Source: an uncultured Gammaproteobacteria bacterium (GTDB lineage: Bacteria; Pseudomonadota; Gammaproteobacteria; UBA9214). Taken from it: a stretch of 44,727 bases of DNA. The notes under the pieces are model-generated. The model made no database searches. It had not been told where the DNA came from and was given only the letters and a program-made list of their open reading frames with translations. The stretch covers positions 1 through 44,727 of the forward strand of contig CAWHCQ010000036.1 of assembly GCA_963827755.1 (NCBI GenBank). Reading direction: 5' to 3'. Each line of letters opens with the position of its first letter. Within the stretch, counting starts at the first letter, position 1. The translations under genes were made by a program, and so were the position numbers. Positions 42,922-44,727 of the stretch are shown here, one piece after another.

Positions 42922-44727
42922 CAGGAATGTCCCCCGGCAGCCAGGCCGCCCGTGGCCGGCACGCCGGCGCGCTGCCGAATGACCATACGGTAGCGTTTGT
43001 CCGAGGCCGCCAGCAGGCCGCCGAAGGCAATGAGAATGCCGCCCAGCCAGATCCAGCGCACCAGCGGCTTGTAGTACAGCCGCAGGCTCCAGTCACCGCC
43101 GCCAAGCCCCTCGCCGAGTGATACATAGATGTCGCGCATGAAACCGGCATCGATACCGGATTCTGTCATCGGCTTGGTCTGTACCAGGTAGGTGCGTTTC
43201 TCGGGTTTCAGCACTGCAACTTCGCGCTCGCCCTTGTAGACGCGCACGGTACCCAGGTCCGAAGTGTAATTGGGACCGCGGTGGGCCTCGACGCCGTCAA
43301 AGCGAAAGCCATACCCGGCCACCTCGATGGTCTGCCCCGGCGACATGCGCGCGTCCTTTTCGACATCGAACAGGGTGGCCGCCGTCACCCCGAGGATAAA
43401 CACCGCGATGCCGAAATGCGCCACGACCATGCCGTAGTAACTGCCGCTGCCCTTGAGGCGCAGGTCCCGCAGAATCCCGGCGAAACCCCTGCGGTTACGC
43501 AGCCGCTGGCGCAGCCCGATAAACAGCGTGGCAACCAGCCACACCGACAGCATCGCGGCCTCGCCGATCCAGATCGACCAGCCTTCATGCAGCAACGGCA
43601 TTGCGACCACGAACCCGGCACCGACACTGAGCAGAAACGCGAGGCGCAAGCGGCGCAGCAGATCGCCGCTGTCCTGGTGCTTCCAGCGCGCCAGCGGCCC
43701 GATGCCCATGATCAGGATCAGGAACGGTGCAAAGATAATCAGCATGCTGGTGAACCAGGGAAACCCCACCGAGATCTTGCCCCAGCCGAGGGCGTCATAG
43801 ATCAGCGGCGCCAGCGTCCCGAGCAGGATGAAGGCGGTGATCACGACCAGCAGCAGATTGTTGCCGAGCAGCAGGGTCTCGCGCGACAGCAGCTCGAAGC
43901 GCCCGCCGCTGGTAACGTCCGGCGCCCGCCAGGCGTACAGGGCAAGTGAGCCGCCGATGACGATGCAGAGGAAGACGAGGATGAACAGGCCGCGCGCCGG
44001 ATCGGCCGCAAAGGAATGCACCGAGGTCAGCACTCCGGAGCGCACCAGGAAGGTACCGAGCAGGCTGAGGGAAAAGGCCAGCAGCGCCAGCAACACCGTC
44101 CAGCGCTTGAACGCGCCGCGTTTCTCGGTCATTGCCAGTGAATGAATCAGCGCGGTACCGGCCAGCCAGGGCATAAAGGACGCATTCTCCACCGGGTCCC
44201 AGAACCACCAGCCGCCCCAGCCCAGCTCATAGTAGGCCCACCAGCTGCCCAGCGTGATGCCGATGGTGAGGAACACCCAGGCCACCGTGGTCCAGGGTCG
44301 CGACCAGCGTGCCCAGGCGGCATCGAGCTTGCCGCCGATCAGCGCGGCAATGGCGAAACTGAAGGCGACCGACAGGCCGACGTACCCCATGTAGAGCATC
44401 GGTGGATGAATCGCCAGGCCTAAATCCTGCAGCAGCGGGTTGAGATCACCGCCTTCCAGCGGCACCGGAAAGGTACGGTCAAAGGGGTTGGAGGTAAACA
44501 GCAGAAAGCTAGAAAGCCGATGCTGATCATCCCCATGACCGACAGCACTCGCGCCAGCACTACGGCAGGCAGGTCGCGCGCGAACAGCGAGACCGCCACG
44601 GTCCAGCCACTGAGAATCAGCGCCCACAACAGCAGCGAACCCTCGTGTGCACCCCACACGGCGGAGACCTTGTAGATGAGCGGCAGCTGCGTGTTGCCGT
44701 GTTGCGCGACGTACAACACCGAGAAGT
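42921..44727 (-). CDS. ccmF: Heme lyase CcmF (5' end outside window; frameshift near 44510)
   Basis: WGAHEGSLLLW, HPPMLYMGY, WGGWWFWDPVENAS, VRSGVLTSVHSFA. Confidence 0.93.
   Translation of the reverse strand, partial: LLGVVRRATRQHAAAAHLQGLRRVGCTRGFAAVVGADSQWLDRGGLAVRARPACRSAGASAVGHGDDQHRLSSFLLFTSNPFDRTFPVPLEGGDLNPLLQDLGLAIHPPMLYMGYVGLSVAFSFAIAALIGGKLDAAWARWSRPWTTVAWVFLTIGITLGSWWAYYELGWGGWWFWDPVENASFMPWLAGTALIHSLAMTEKRGAFKRWTVLLALLAFSLSLLGTFLVRSGVLTSVHSFAADPARGLFILVFLCIVIGGSLALYAWRAPDVTSGGRFELLSRETLLLGNNLLLVVITAFILLGTLAPLIYDALGWGKISVGFPWFTSMLIIFAPFLILIMGIGPLARWKHQDSGDLLRRLRLAFLLSVGAGFVVAMPLLHEGWSIWIGEAAMLSVWLVATLFIGLRQRLRNRRGFAGILRDLRLKGSGSYYGMVVAHFGIAVFILGVTAATLFDVEKDARMSPGQTIEVAGYGFRFDGVEAHRGPNYTSDLGTVRVYKGEREVAVLKPEKRTYLVQTKPMTESGIDAGFMRDIYVSLGEGLGGGDWSLRLYYKPLVRWIWLGGILIAFGGLLAASDKRYRMVIRQRAGVPATGGLAAGGHS

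Noticed and set aside
9210-44423. Long antisense or alternate-frame ORFs (e.g. 9210-10169, 13703-14632, 19789-20829, 34898-35806)
   Set aside because: They are shadow ORFs of GC-rich genes on the opposite strand and have no recognisable motifs.

Overview
GC-rich bacterial window whose gene content suggests a sulfur-oxidising gammaproteobacterium (inference). It has two parts. (1) 1-8.5 kb is an accessory array of unrelated genes in mixed orientation: tetraheme cytochrome c, NnrU, GDT1/DmeF/GDCCVxC metal module, SAM-methyltransferase-like protein and acyltransferase-3/SGNH protein. Every inter-module spacer carries clusters of a degenerate 30-31 bp dyad site (AAYGDC-N6-core-N6-GNCNTT) at recurring spacings of 45, 59 and 67 bp. 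The array ends beside the C-terminal remnant of an Integrase_1-type tyrosine recombinase. A group II intron fragment is inserted in the core of one site and truncated at another. This looks like an integron-like cassette system that does not use attC, and is the main candidate novel system. (2) 8.6-44.7 kb is a respiratory and sulfur electron-transfer region: octaheme HAO-family protein, fccAB, CcoI-like ATPase, c4 cytochrome, B-family (ba3-type) oxidase, NapF, a second FccB paired with an unusual Asp-rich lipoprotein-cytochrome, and a sigma54-controlled ~1400-aa Ig-domain multiheme cytochrome with PPIase, rhodanese, TlpA, a PAS-type activator and ccmFGHI. Many genes after 13 kb carry frameshifts that are probably sequencing indels. 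Family calls come from motif recognition only; no searches were run.
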